The translations under genes and the position numbers were made by a program. Below are positions 19,412 through 27,903 of a stretch of 32,000 bases of DNA, one piece after another; the first letter of the stretch is position 1, and each line of letters opens with the position of its first letter. The notes beneath the pieces were generated by a model. The model made no database searches, was not told where the DNA came from, and was given only the letters and a program-made list of their open reading frames with translations. Source of the stretch: Cereibacter sphaeroides 2.4.1 (GTDB taxonomy: Bacteria; Pseudomonadota; Alphaproteobacteria; Rhodobacterales; Rhodobacteraceae); contig NC_007494.2 in NCBI RefSeq assembly GCF_000012905.2, positions 720,001 to 752,000 on the forward strand, read 5' to 3'.

Positions 19412-20754
19412 ACTATCCGATGATCGCGGGCCGGGTGTTCGGCACGCCGCTTCTGGTCGATCCCGTGAAGGGCGCGGCCTTCCTCGCAGGCCTCGGGCCC
19501 CGGCTCGTGAACGGGGCGCTCGAGCTGCGCGGGCTCGAGGAGCTCGCGCCCGACCGCGTGGCCGAGGCCGGGCGGATCGCCCCGCGGGCCTCGGTGCTCC
19601 TCGACGATGCGGGCGACGCCCGGCGGGAGGCGGGCCGGCCGCTCTACCGTGTGGAGGGCGGCGTCGCGGTGATCGAAGTCACCGGCACGCTCGTTCACCG
19701 CGGCGGCTGGATCGGCCAGTCCTCGGGGACGACTTCCTACGAGGGGCTGATGGCGCAGATCACCGCGGCCGTGGCCGATCCGTCCGTGCGCGGCATCGCG
19801 CTCGAGATCGACAGTTATGGCGGCGAGGTGGCGGGCCTCTTCGATCTGGCCGACACGATCCGGGCCGCGCGGGCGGTGAAGCCGGTGCGCGCCTTCGTGG
19901 CCGAGGCGGCCCTATCGGCGGCCTATGCGATTGCGAGCCAGGCCGAGCGGATCGTGCTGCCGCGCACCGGCGCCGTGGGCAGCATCGGCGTGCTCCTCGT
20001 GCATGCCGACTTCTCGCAGGCCATGGCCGACCGCGGCGTCGCGGTCACGCTGATCCATGCCGGTCGGCACAAGGTCGACGGCAATCCCTACGAGGCCCTG
20101 CCCGAGGGGGTGCGCGCCGACCTGCAGGCCCGCGTCGAGGCCTCGCGCGGGCTCTTCGCCGAGACGGTCGCGGCGGGCCGCGGCGCGCGGCTGACCCGAC
20201 AGCAGGCGCTCGCCACCGAGGCGCAGGTCCTCGACGGCGCCGCCGCGGTGGCCGCGGGGCTCGCCGACGAGGTCTCCGATCTCCGCAGCGCCTTCGCCGC
20301 CTTCCGCGCCGAACTGTCCCATCCGCACCTTCCATCCCCCCGGGCCGGCGCGCCGGCCGCAGCCAAGGAGACCCCGACCATGACCGACGAGACCACGACC
20401 GGCGCCGCGCGAGGTACGGACGCCGAGGGCAACGCGCCCCCGCTGGAGGCCGCGGAAGGATCCGGCGGCGCCGTAGCGGTGGCGAATGTCGCCGTGGCCG
20501 AGGCCGCCGAACTGATCGAGATCGGCCAGCAGGCGGTCCGGCTCGGCCTGACCGTCGACGTGGCCGACGCGATGCGCCGCGGTCTCTCGGCTGCCGCCCT
20601 CCGCCGCACCGTGCTCGACGGGCTGGCGGCCCGGGGCGACGGGGCCGACCTCGTGGCCCATGCCCCGACTGCTGCCGCCGGGCCGAAGGAAAGCCCGCTC
20701 CTTGCCGCCGCGCGCCGCACCGCCGAAGCGCAGGCCGCCAGCCGCCGGGCCTGA
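19408..20754 (+). CDS. S49-family (SppA/lambda gpC-like) head-maturation protease with C-terminal scaffold-like region
   Basis: ATGA overlap with the portal stop. Motifs: GIALEIDSYGGEVAG, AEAALSAAYAIASQAERIVLPRTGAVGSIGV (S49 serine region), and an Ala-rich acidic C-terminal third. Confidence 0.85.
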   Translation: MNYPMIAGRVFGTPLLVDPVKGAAFLAGLGPRLVNGALELRGLEELAPDRVAEAGRIAPRASVLLDDAGDARREAGRPLYRVEGGVAVIEVTGTLVHRGGWIGQSSGTTSYEGLMAQITAAVADPSVRGIALEIDSYGGEVAGLFDLADTIRAARAVKPVRAFVAEAALSAAYAIASQAERIVLPRTGAVGSIGVLLVHADFSQAMADRGVAVTLIHAGRHKVDGNPYEALPEGVRADLQARVEASRGLFAETVAAGRGARLTRQQALATEAQVLDGAAAVAAGLADEVSDLRSAFAAFRAELSHPHLPSPRAGAPAAAKETPTMTDETTTGAARGTDAEGNAPPLEAAEGSGGAVAVANVAVAEAAELIEIGQQAVRLGLTVDVADAMRRGLSAAALRRTVLDGLAARGDGADLVAHAPTAAAGPKESPLLAAARRTAEAQAASRRA

Positions 20755-20762
20755 CCCGGCGC

Positions 20763-21074
20763 ATGCAAGACGGGGGGCAGACCCGCTCCCCGTGCTCGCA
20801 TCCTCTTCCTCCCGCGCCGCAGGGCGGGCCCGCGCGCGACGTGCCCTCGATCTTCCGCGAGGAGCAGGTCGAGGCCGAGGATCCCGAGGGCCGGATCGTG
20901 CTCGTCAGGGCGCCCACCTGGCGCGTGCGCCGCGATCTGGTTCCCGAGCTCGCGCGGCGGGACCGGATCCGGCTGGCGGACGGCCGGATCTATGAGGTGG
21001 ACGAGATCTGGCCGCCTGCGACCCCGGCGGCCGACGCGCTCACGCGCTGCACCCTGCGGAAGGTCGCGCCATGA
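20763..21074 (+). CDS. Small phage late protein, possibly head-tail connector/head-closure
   Basis: 103 aa, from the ATG 8 nt after the protease stop. The C-terminal pattern RIRLADGRIYEVDEIWP is reminiscent of head-tail joining proteins. Assigned on position, with weak motif support. Confidence 0.45.
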   Translation: MQDGGQTRSPCSHPLPPAPQGGPARDVPSIFREEQVEAEDPEGRIVLVRAPTWRVRRDLVPELARRDRIRLADGRIYEVDEIWPPATPAADALTRCTLRKVAP

Positions 21075-21490
21075 CCGGGCGCATCCGCTTCCGCCAGATC
21101 GCGCGCGCGGCGCTCGCCGCCGATCCGCGCATGGGCGGCTTCTCGCAGATCTCCGCCTGGGAGGCGCGCCCCGACGCAGGCCGCCTGCCGCTCCTCATGG
21201 TGGTGACGCCGGTCGAGCGGGCGACGCAGGCCACGCTCTCCAACTTCGAGCGCGCGACCGTCCTGCAGGTGGGCGTGAAGCGGCTCGGCCGCGACGATCT
21301 CGAGGATCTCCTCGACGCGGATGCGGATGCCGTCGAGGGCGCCATCTGCCGGGCGTTCCAGCAGGCGGCCATCGTCTGTCTGCCCGAGGAGGTGACGGTC
21401 ACGCTCAACACCGAAGGCGAGCAGGCCGTGGGCACGCTGATCTCGAGCTTCCGCATCGTCTGGCGCAGGCCGGTTCCCCGGCCCGCTTGA
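21071..21490 (+). CDS. Small phage late protein, possibly tail-completion/connector (HK97 gp10-like?)
   Basis: ATGA overlap with the previous gene. 139 aa with protein-like composition. No firm family call. Confidence 0.5.
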   Translation: MTGRIRFRQIARAALAADPRMGGFSQISAWEARPDAGRLPLLMVVTPVERATQATLSNFERATVLQVGVKRLGRDDLEDLLDADADAVEGAICRAFQQAAIVCLPEEVTVTLNTEGEQAVGTLISSFRIVWRRPVPRPA

Positions 21491-21508
21491 TCCCATGGAG
21501 GCAATAAG

Positions 21509-22517
21509 ATGACACGCGATGAGGCGACCGCGTTGCGCGCGGCCCTGCTGACTATCAAGGCCCTTCCGGTCGGCGCCACGCACCCGCCTGAGGTGTCCGA
21601 TCTGCGGCCGAGGTTGCTCACCCTCGGACTGGTCGAGGCGAAAGATTACCCGGAAGGCCGCCGCTACGCCGACCTTCCCCGGCCTCACCTTCAACGGCGA
21701 GGTGGGCTCGAACACGGGCTTCTTCCTCGCGGCCGAGAACGAGCTCGGCGTCTCCTGCCAGGGGACGGAACGGGCGCGGTTCACGCCGTCGGGCATGCAG
21801 CTGCAGGGGCTCCTCTCCGGCACGGCCGTGACCCAGGGCGATCTCGACACCACGCCCGGGCGCCTCCTGAAGGTCGGAGACTATGGCCTCGGCGGCACGG
21901 CGCGCCCGATCCCGGGCAACGACGCGGACCAGATCGGGACGACGGGCTTCTATCAGGTCACAAGCGCCACGCTGAACCGTCCCGCCGGCATGGGCGTCGG
22001 CACCCTGCAGCACATCCAGCACGGGGCCGCGCGGGCGGTGCAGATCGCCTATCCCCAGACGGCCAGCGATACCGGGCGCTGGTGCCGTTACAAGGATACC
22101 AGCTGGGGCGACTGGTTCCTCACCTACGACCAGCGCAACATCGTGGGCGCCGTCAGCTGGTCCTCCGGCTTCCCGCGCGGCGGCATCATCGAAAAGGGAG
22201 AGACGGCTGGCGCCGAGTATGTCCGCTTTGCGGATGGGACGCAGCTTTGCCGCCTGGTCCAGACAGGGGTCCCGGGTCCGACCATTGCGCAGGGCTCGCT
22301 CTATCGCACCGAATGGCAGACGGTGACGCTGCCCGTCGAGTTCGTGAGCGCGGCCCTGAACGGCCATTGCGTGACCGGCGGCTGCCGGGGTGGCTCGGTG
22401 ATCTCGCTCCTCGGCCGGCCGGGGGCCTCGAACGTCGCCGCCTACATGCTGCTGTCGCCGACGTCCTACGGGGCCACGCAGACCGTCGATCTTCTCGTCA
22501 TCGGCCGCTGGAGGTAA
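21509..22517 (+). pseudogene. Tail-fibre-like protein interrupted by a +1 frame change near 21650-21665
   Basis: GGAGG + ATG 21509 opens frame 2 (MTRDEATALRAALLTIKALPVGATHPPEV...DYPEG). The conserved fibre N-terminal block TFPGLTFNGEVGSNTGFFLAAENELGVSCQGTERARF and the remaining 270 aa are in frame 3. Frame 3 has no ATG/GTG/TTG before GTG 21702, which lies inside that block. Confidence 0.6.
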
Positions 22518-22523
22518 CCCGCC

Positions 22524-22841
22524 ATGATGCGCATTCGCATGGTTCCGCTTCGGCGGATGTATGAGCTGACCGTCTTCCGCGTGCAGGGCGACACCCTGAC
22601 CTGCAATGACATGGTCTACGACTTCAGCGGCGTCGAGGAGGGAGACGTGCTGCCCTGGGACGCCATGGACAATACCTGGGTCACCAGCAACGTCACCCGC
22701 GTGAACGGCGTCCTCGAGTTCGAGGTGGTCTTCCCCCACGGCTATTACGGGGACAATCCGCTGCCGAACCCCGGCATCCTCGAGGTCGAGGATCAGGACA
22801 TCCCGATCCCGCCCTACCTCCCGCCGTCCGCGGAAGGCTGA
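22524..22841 (+). CDS. Hypothetical phage protein downstream of tail fibre (assembly/chaperone role possible)
   Basis: 105 aa, 6 nt after the fibre stop, with an acidic/aromatic composition. No family recognised. Confidence 0.5.
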   Translation: MMRIRMVPLRRMYELTVFRVQGDTLTCNDMVYDFSGVEEGDVLPWDAMDNTWVTSNVTRVNGVLEFEVVFPHGYYGDNPLPNPGILEVEDQDIPIPPYLPPSAEG

Positions 22842-22844
22842 TCC

Positions 22845-23171
22845 ATGAGCAGGAAGAGAGCAGCAATGACGAACGCGACCATCGATTACAGCAGGCTCAT
22901 CAAGGCCCGGGACATCAAGGCGCAGCGCGACCTGATCCCGGCCGAGATCAGCCTGCTGCAGGCCATGATCGTGATCGGCGAGGAGAAGTGGGGCCAGGCC
23001 ATGACCATCGCAGACAACGCCTCCTACCCCTGGGCAATGCGGGCGGCGATCCGCAGCGCGACGACGCTCGTCCGGGGATCGGAGACGATGGACACGCTGG
23101 CCTTCCTCCTCGGCTTCTCGCCCGAGGAGACCGACCGGCTGTTCATTGAGGCCGCGCAGGTGACGCTGTGA
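22845..23171 (+). CDS. Hypothetical phage protein
   Basis: 108 aa, 3 nt after the previous stop, with protein-like composition. Confidence 0.5.
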   Translation: MSRKRAAMTNATIDYSRLIKARDIKAQRDLIPAEISLLQAMIVIGEEKWGQAMTIADNASYPWAMRAAIRSATTLVRGSETMDTLAFLLGFSPEETDRLFIEAAQVTL

Positions 23172-23304
23172 GTCTCATCGAGCAGGCGCGCGTCAAGCAG
23201 TCGGCCGCCTGAGGCGCCCCCGCCTTCCCGATCATCATGACAGGACCCGGCCGCTCCCGGCCGGGCCGACATACGCGCATGGCGCACACAACAGGAGCGG
23301 CGCG

Positions 23305-23622
23305 ATGCCGGAAAAGGGACTGATCGACACCATCACGGCGCTCTGGGGCGGGGCCATCGCCACGCTGATCGCGGCCGCCATGGGCCGGCTCATGTATCAC
23401 ACCGGCGAGGTCCGCGCCCGCCGCCGCGCCTTCTTCGGCCGCGAGCTCCTCTGGGAGATCCCCGCCCTCGTCGCCATGGCCTTCATCGGCGAGGCTCTCA
23501 GCTCGTACCTCAATCTCGACGGTCGGGCGGCCATGGGGCTCGTGGCGATGCTCGCCTATCTGGGGCCAAGGGGCACCACGGCGATGATCGAACGGCTCTG
23601 GCGGGGGAGGAGCGCCGGGTGA
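23305..23622 (+). CDS. Holin-like small membrane protein
   Basis: 105 aa with three hydrophobic segments (ITALWGGAIATLIAAAMG, LLWEIPALVAMAFIGEAL, AAMGLVAMLAYLG) and a basic C-terminus. Located in the lysis region. Confidence 0.55.
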   Translation: MPEKGLIDTITALWGGAIATLIAAAMGRLMYHTGEVRARRRAFFGRELLWEIPALVAMAFIGEALSSYLNLDGRAAMGLVAMLAYLGPRGTTAMIERLWRGRSAG

Positions 23623-23674
23623 CGGCGCATGACCACGGAACCGGTGAGCGCTCCAAGGCCGCCCTTCGGCACGA

Positions 23675-23896
23675 TCAGGATGCGAGCGCCTTCCGCAGCG
23701 CCTCGTTCACGAAGGCGCTCTTGTTCGGCATCCCGTCCAGCCTGGAGGCGAGCTCCGGATCGATCATCAGGTTCATGCGCACCTTCTTCTGCTCGCTCGG
23801 CTTCGGCGGCCGGCCGCGGCGCGCGTTTGCAAAGAAGGGATCGTCCAGCTCGCGGACCTCGTCGTCGTCGCCGATGTAGGGTTTTGCCTTAGCCAT
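23675..23896 (-). CDS. brnA: BrnA-type antitoxin (RHH/CopG-like)
   Basis: 73 aa, ...RGRPPKPSEQKKVRMNLMIDPELASRLDGMPNKSAFVNEALRKAL. It overlaps the stop of the upstream BrnT-like gene by 8 nt. Confidence 0.75.
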   Translation of the reverse strand: MAKAKPYIGDDDEVRELDDPFFANARRGRPPKPSEQKKVRMNLMIDPELASRLDGMPNKSAFVNEALRKALAS

Positions 23897-24197
23897 ACTT
23901 CCTCTCCTCTCGGGCGTTCGCCTTGCGCAGGCTGATCACGCGGAGCACGTCACCCCGCCAGCACCAGGCCACAACGCAAAGACGGTCGCGGATGGGCGCG
24001 ACGGTGATGTAGCGGGTCTCCGGGTAGGGCCGCCGCGTGTCCTCGAGGGTCAGCGCGGCATCCCAGTCGATCAGAGCAACGTCGGCGAAATCGAGGCCGC
24101 GGTCTGCCAGCGTGGCCTGCCGCTTATCTTCGTTCCATTCGAGTTCGATGCCGTCGCTCACGGGATTAAATATACACACGCAAAAGGCAGCAATCAA
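23889..24197 (-). CDS. brnT: BrnT-type toxin (DUF497 ribonuclease)
   Basis: IELEWNEDKRQATLADRGLDFADVALIDWDAALTLEDTRRPYPETRYITVAPIRDRLCVVAWCWRGDVLRVISLRKANAREERKY fits the BrnT/DUF497 pattern. The true start is probably GTG 24159-24161. Confidence 0.8.
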   Translation of the reverse strand: MIAAFCVCIFNPVSDGIELEWNEDKRQATLADRGLDFADVALIDWDAALTLEDTRRPYPETRYITVAPIRDRLCVVAWCWRGDVLRVISLRKANAREERKYG

Positions 24198-24388
24198 TAT
24201 AGGTGTGTAGTCAAAAGCGGTCGCGCGACAGCGCGGCCGTAGCGCCTCTCAGGCAGGGGCCGGGCTGCGTTAACAGCCCGAACCACGCGGCCAAAGTCTC
24301 ACCCAAGACCGCGCCAGCCTGTCCGAAGCCTTTCAGACTGCCTGCCACCCCTCGCGAGGGCAGGCGCCTTGTGAGGCAGAATCACCTT

Positions 24389-25195
24389 ATGAAACAAGTA
24401 CCTCCCGCCGCCCCGGTGGCCCCGTGGCTCGGCGGCAAGAAACGTCTCCACCCGCTCATCCTCGAGCGGATCGAGGCCATCCCGCACCGCGCCTATGTCG
24501 AGCCCTTCGTCGGCATGGGCGGGATCTTCCTCCGTCGCCGCTTCCGGCCCCGCCTCGAGGTCATGAACGACCGCAACGGCGAGATCATCAACCTCTTCCG
24601 GATCCTGCAGCGCCACTATCCCCAGCTCCTCGAGATCATGCGGTTCCAGATCTGCAGCCGGCGCGAGTTCGACCGGCTGCGGCTCACCGATCCCGCCACG
24701 CTCACCGACCTCGAGCGGGCCGCGCGGTTCCTCTACCTCCAGCGCCTCAGCTTCGGCGGCAAGCTCGACGGGGTCTTCGGCGTCTCGGCCGGGCACGGGC
24801 CCCGCTTCTCGCTCGCGCGGCTCGAGCCGGTGCTCGACGCCGCCCACGAGCGGCTCGATGGCGTGGTGTTCGAGAGCCTCGACTGGGCCGACCTCATCCC
24901 GCGCTACGACACGACCGAGACGCTCTTCTATCTCGACCCGCCCTATTTCGGCGGCGAGAACGACTACGGAAAAGGCCTCTTCGACCGGGCGCAGTTCGCG
25001 CGGATCGCCGAGATCCTGGGCGGCCTGAAGGGCGCCTTCCTCCTGTCGATCAATGACACGCCGGAGATCCGGGCGCTCTTCGGCCGGTTCCACCTCGAGC
25101 CGGTGCGGCTGAGCTACTCGGTCTCCGCCTCGGGCGGCACCGAGGCGCAGGAGCTCCTCGTCTCGAACCGCGAGCGGATCGCGACCCTGCTCTGA
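24389..25195 (+). CDS. dam: DNA adenine methyltransferase, D12 class (Dam-like), orphan
   Basis: PWLGGKKRL, EPFVGMGGIF and the DPPY motif (LFYLDPPYFGGENDYG). Starts at ATG 24389 (MKQVPP). No restriction partner is adjacent. Confidence 0.9.
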   Translation: MKQVPPAAPVAPWLGGKKRLHPLILERIEAIPHRAYVEPFVGMGGIFLRRRFRPRLEVMNDRNGEIINLFRILQRHYPQLLEIMRFQICSRREFDRLRLTDPATLTDLERAARFLYLQRLSFGGKLDGVFGVSAGHGPRFSLARLEPVLDAAHERLDGVVFESLDWADLIPRYDTTETLFYLDPPYFGGENDYGKGLFDRAQFARIAEILGGLKGAFLLSINDTPEIRALFGRFHLEPVRLSYSVSASGGTEAQELLVSNRERIATLL

Positions 25196-25221
25196 GCAAT
25201 CCCACCAGTCCAACCACCCAC

Positions 25222-25245
25222 GCCCCGCCCTCGCGCGGGGCTTTT
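25222..25245 (+). terminator. Canonical rho-independent terminator between dam and the endolysin
   Basis: GCCCCGC-cctcgc-GCGGGGC followed by TTTT (25242-25245). It ends 4 nt before the endolysin ATG. Confidence 0.7.
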
Positions 25246-25249
25246 GCAT

Positions 25250-26059
25250 ATGGAGAAAGACGTGACGACATCCGACATCCAGCGGCTCTTGTCGGCCGCC
25301 GGGCTCTACCGCGGCGCCATCGAAGGCGATGCGGGGCCGCTGACCCAGGCGGCCGCACTGGCGGCGCTCGAGGGAGAGCCGGTGCCCTGGCGCGCCTGGC
25401 CCTCCCGCCGGCAGCGCATCGCGGCCGGCCAGGCGGTGCTGGCGCGGCTCGGCCACGCGCCGGGTCGGATCGACGGGCTCCTCGGGCCCTACACCCGCGA
25501 GGCGCTGACCGCCTGGGCCTCCGGGCCGGCGCGGGCCGCCGTCGACCGGGTGCCGCTGCCGGGCCACGCGGTGACCGATGCCCAGGGCGCCTATCCGCGG
25601 CAGGAGTCGGTTGCGACCTTCTACGGCGTGGCGGGCGGTCCCGACTGCACCGCCGGCATCGTCGAGCTGCCGTTCCCGTTCCGCCTCGCCTGGGATCTCA
25701 ACACGGGCATCACGAGCTTCCGGTGCCACAAGCTGGTGGCCATGCCCCTGACGCGGATCTTCCGCGAGGCGGTGGCGCACTACGGCGCCGTTCAGTTCGA
25801 GAGCCTGCGGCTGAACCTCTTCGGCGGCTGCTTCAACCACCGGCCCATGCGTGGCGGCTCGGCCCTCTCGATGCACGCCTGGGGCATCGCCGTCGACCTC
25901 GACCCCGAGCGCAACCCGCTCCGCTGGGGCCGCGACCGGGCGAGCTTCGCCGCGCCCGCCTACGAGCCCTTCTGGACCATCGTCGAAGCCGCCGGAGCCA
26001 CGAGCCTCGGCCGAGCCTGCAACCGCGACTGGATGCACTTCCAGTTCGCCCGCCTCTGA
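25250..26059 (+). CDS. Endolysin: N-terminal peptidoglycan-binding repeats + C-terminal M15 zinc peptidase
   Basis: IQRLLSAAGLYRGAIEGDAGPLTQAA and LARLGHAPGRIDGLLGPYTREAL are PG-binding-like. SMHAWGIAVDLD and DWMHFQF form the M15 H..D...H metal site. Confidence 0.88.
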   Translation: MEKDVTTSDIQRLLSAAGLYRGAIEGDAGPLTQAAALAALEGEPVPWRAWPSRRQRIAAGQAVLARLGHAPGRIDGLLGPYTREALTAWASGPARAAVDRVPLPGHAVTDAQGAYPRQESVATFYGVAGGPDCTAGIVELPFPFRLAWDLNTGITSFRCHKLVAMPLTRIFREAVAHYGAVQFESLRLNLFGGCFNHRPMRGGSALSMHAWGIAVDLDPERNPLRWGRDRASFAAPAYEPFWTIVEAAGATSLGRACNRDWMHFQFARL

Positions 26060-26633
26060 AGGAGAGACCATATGTCCCCGATCTTCACTCTCGCGCCCCA
26101 GGCGCCCCTCGTCCTCATGCTCGCCCTCTGCGCGCTGGCCTTCATCCTGCTCGTCGGCTGGCCGCTGGTCGCGGCCATCGCCCGGATGCGCGCTTCGCTG
26201 ATCGCCGCCGCGATCCTCGCCACGCTCGCGGTGCCCGCCGCAGCCTCGACCGGCAGCGACCTGCTGACCGCGCTGACGCCAAGCCTCCTCGATCTCGCGG
26301 GCGTGGCACTGACCGCGTTGATCGGCTTCGCGACGGTGCGCTTCCAGCGCTGGACTGGGATTCAGATCGAGGCCCGGCACCGTGAGGCGCTGCATTCGGC
26401 AATCATGACCGCTGCCCGCGTGGCGGTGGCGCGGGGACTGACACGCGAGATCGCGGCCGAGTTCGTCTCGTCTTACGTCCGCGCCTCCGTGCCTGAGGCA
26501 ATGAAGCGCCTGTCGCCCTCGGTTGATACGCTCGACGCGCTTGTCCGCTCTAAGCTGCTTGAGGTGGCCGGGAACTGACCGTCAATTTTGGCCACGGGCG
26601 CGGCAAGCGTCCGTGCCCCTGTAACCGCAATGG
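25592..26633. repeat. Direct repeat copy 2 (intact lysis cassette); partner at 9717-10770
   Basis: See copy 1. Confidence 0.9.
26072..26578 (+). CDS. Lysis-module membrane protein (holin/spanin-like?; paralogue at 10204-10717)
   Basis: 168 aa with several hydrophobic helices in the N-terminal 100 aa, then a soluble tail. GGAGAG lies before ATG 26072, 12 nt after the endolysin stop. Confidence 0.7.
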   Translation: MSPIFTLAPQAPLVLMLALCALAFILLVGWPLVAAIARMRASLIAAAILATLAVPAAASTGSDLLTALTPSLLDLAGVALTALIGFATVRFQRWTGIQIEARHREALHSAIMTAARVAVARGLTREIAAEFVSSYVRASVPEAMKRLSPSVDTLDALVRSKLLEVAGN

Positions 26634-26835
26634 TCAAGACGAACTGCACGTTTAGATACTGCCCCGCATGAGGCTTTGCCACGACCGGCCCACAGCGGTC
26701 GGTCGAACTTGTGAGTGCGGCGATGTGGCGATGCGGCGAACCCATGCCGCCAGCCGGAAACGCGAGTATGACTATGGCGTCGCGGGCCGCTGGCGCGAGG
26801 ATCTCGACACGCCACTGTCGCAACAGCGCAACCCG

Positions 26836-26868
26836 TGCCAGGCACCTGCACAACCTGCCAGGCACCTG
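26836..26868. repeat. Two direct copies of TGCCAGGCACCTG spaced 20 nt start-to-start
   Basis: Copies at 26836-26848 and 26856-26868. Each contains the near-palindrome CAGG-CA-CCTG. They lie in the non-coding gap between the prophage and the AT-richer island. Confidence 0.6.
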
Positions 26869-27129
26869 AGAAACGGCGCTTCTCACGTCGCGAACTAGAC
26901 GCGCCAAAGGGTGAGCCACTGCTTGGAACAGCGGCCACTTATGTCCCTTGCGGCCCAGCCAATCCCGAATACAACAACCGATAGGGTGGAGCTTGAAATG
27001 GGGGCACGCCGCGTGGCGCAAGCATCCAGACTTATGTTGCAGGCATAGCTGATCCTGCCCAGGAGCCAATCGCGGTATTTGCAACGCGATCAAGAGTCGG
27101 AGTTTATTAGAAACTAGAAAAGTTCTCGC

Positions 27130-27903
27130 TCACTCTTTGGCTGCCTCATCCTCACGTTGCTCCGCCCACTCGGGGGCTGGACCGCTGGCGAAGGACCACT
27201 CACGGCGGGTCTTCAGCTTGAGCTTTGCGAGCTGCTTCTGAATACGCTCAATCGTCAAAGCTTCGACAAGATCGACCAAATCGCGCCACTCATTGGCGCC
27301 CCGGACATAATACCCCATTCTGGATTGCACGCTGACCTTAAACTCTCCCCGGACGAAATCAATTATCATTGAACCGTCTACAGAGTAGTGCCCGTCGTTG
27401 TGTGCGTACCGCTGATTTCTCGCGTCGATGATGTCCTGATGCGCTTGGCGGAGATGGTTCGGGATCTGCCTCCTGCCGACACCGCTGCTTCCATTCCCTC
27501 CCTCGATCACTCGGCAATAAGCAACAACGAATGCCAAGGTCATCATTTCGTGGTCGAGCAGATCGTCTACATTTGTGCTGAATGGCGCTTTCGCCAAACG
27601 ATTATGGATGTGGCGAAGAGCGGCCACTGCGGGGAGCGAAGCGAGGATGCGGCTGAGCTTCTCGAGCTCTCCTGTGACAGGGTTAATCACGCTTTGCATC
27701 TCAGCCTTCACCGCCGCAAGCTGGAGCTGCAGGTCTGTTGGCAGAGAAGAGGATATCTCGTCCGTGACATTTATCACCTCATACTGATCGCCGCCGGCCA
27801 CAGCCCACCTCCCTCTACCTTCCTGATCTACAATGTCGGGCACCAACAGCGGTGCCAACGAAAATCCGGCAACCTCACTCAACTGCGCGCTACTGCCTGT
27901 CAA
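27130..27903 (-). CDS. Hypothetical protein with an R-x5-H motif (possible HEPN-like; speculative)
   Basis: 257 aa from TTG 27903. A better start is GTG 27799-27801, preceded by GGGAGG 6 nt upstream (223 aa). Motif: DIIDARNQRYAHNDGHY. Helical prediction by eye. No family recognised. Confidence 0.6.
   Translation of the reverse strand: MTGSSAQLSEVAGFSLAPLLVPDIVDQEGRGRWAVAGGDQYEVINVTDEISSSLPTDLQLQLAAVKAEMQSVINPVTGELEKLSRILASLPAVAALRHIHNRLAKAPFSTNVDDLLDHEMMTLAFVVAYCRVIEGGNGSSGVGRRQIPNHLRQAHQDIIDARNQRYAHNDGHYSVDGSMIIDFVRGEFKVSVQSRMGYYVRGANEWRDLVDLVEALTIERIQKQLAKLKLKTRREWSFASGPAPEWAEQREDEAAKE

Larger units (their letters stand above)
15115..26633. mobile_element. Eroded (cryptic) lambda-like prophage: int ... 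truncated portal, S49 protease, tail-fibre remnant, holin, BrnTA, Dam, endolysin
   Basis: An integrase sits at the left edge and phage late genes are co-oriented on the + strand with ATGA overlaps. The lysis module is at the right edge. Terminase, major capsid, tail tube and tape-measure genes are absent. att sites were not identified, so the boundaries are approximate. Confidence 0.75.
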
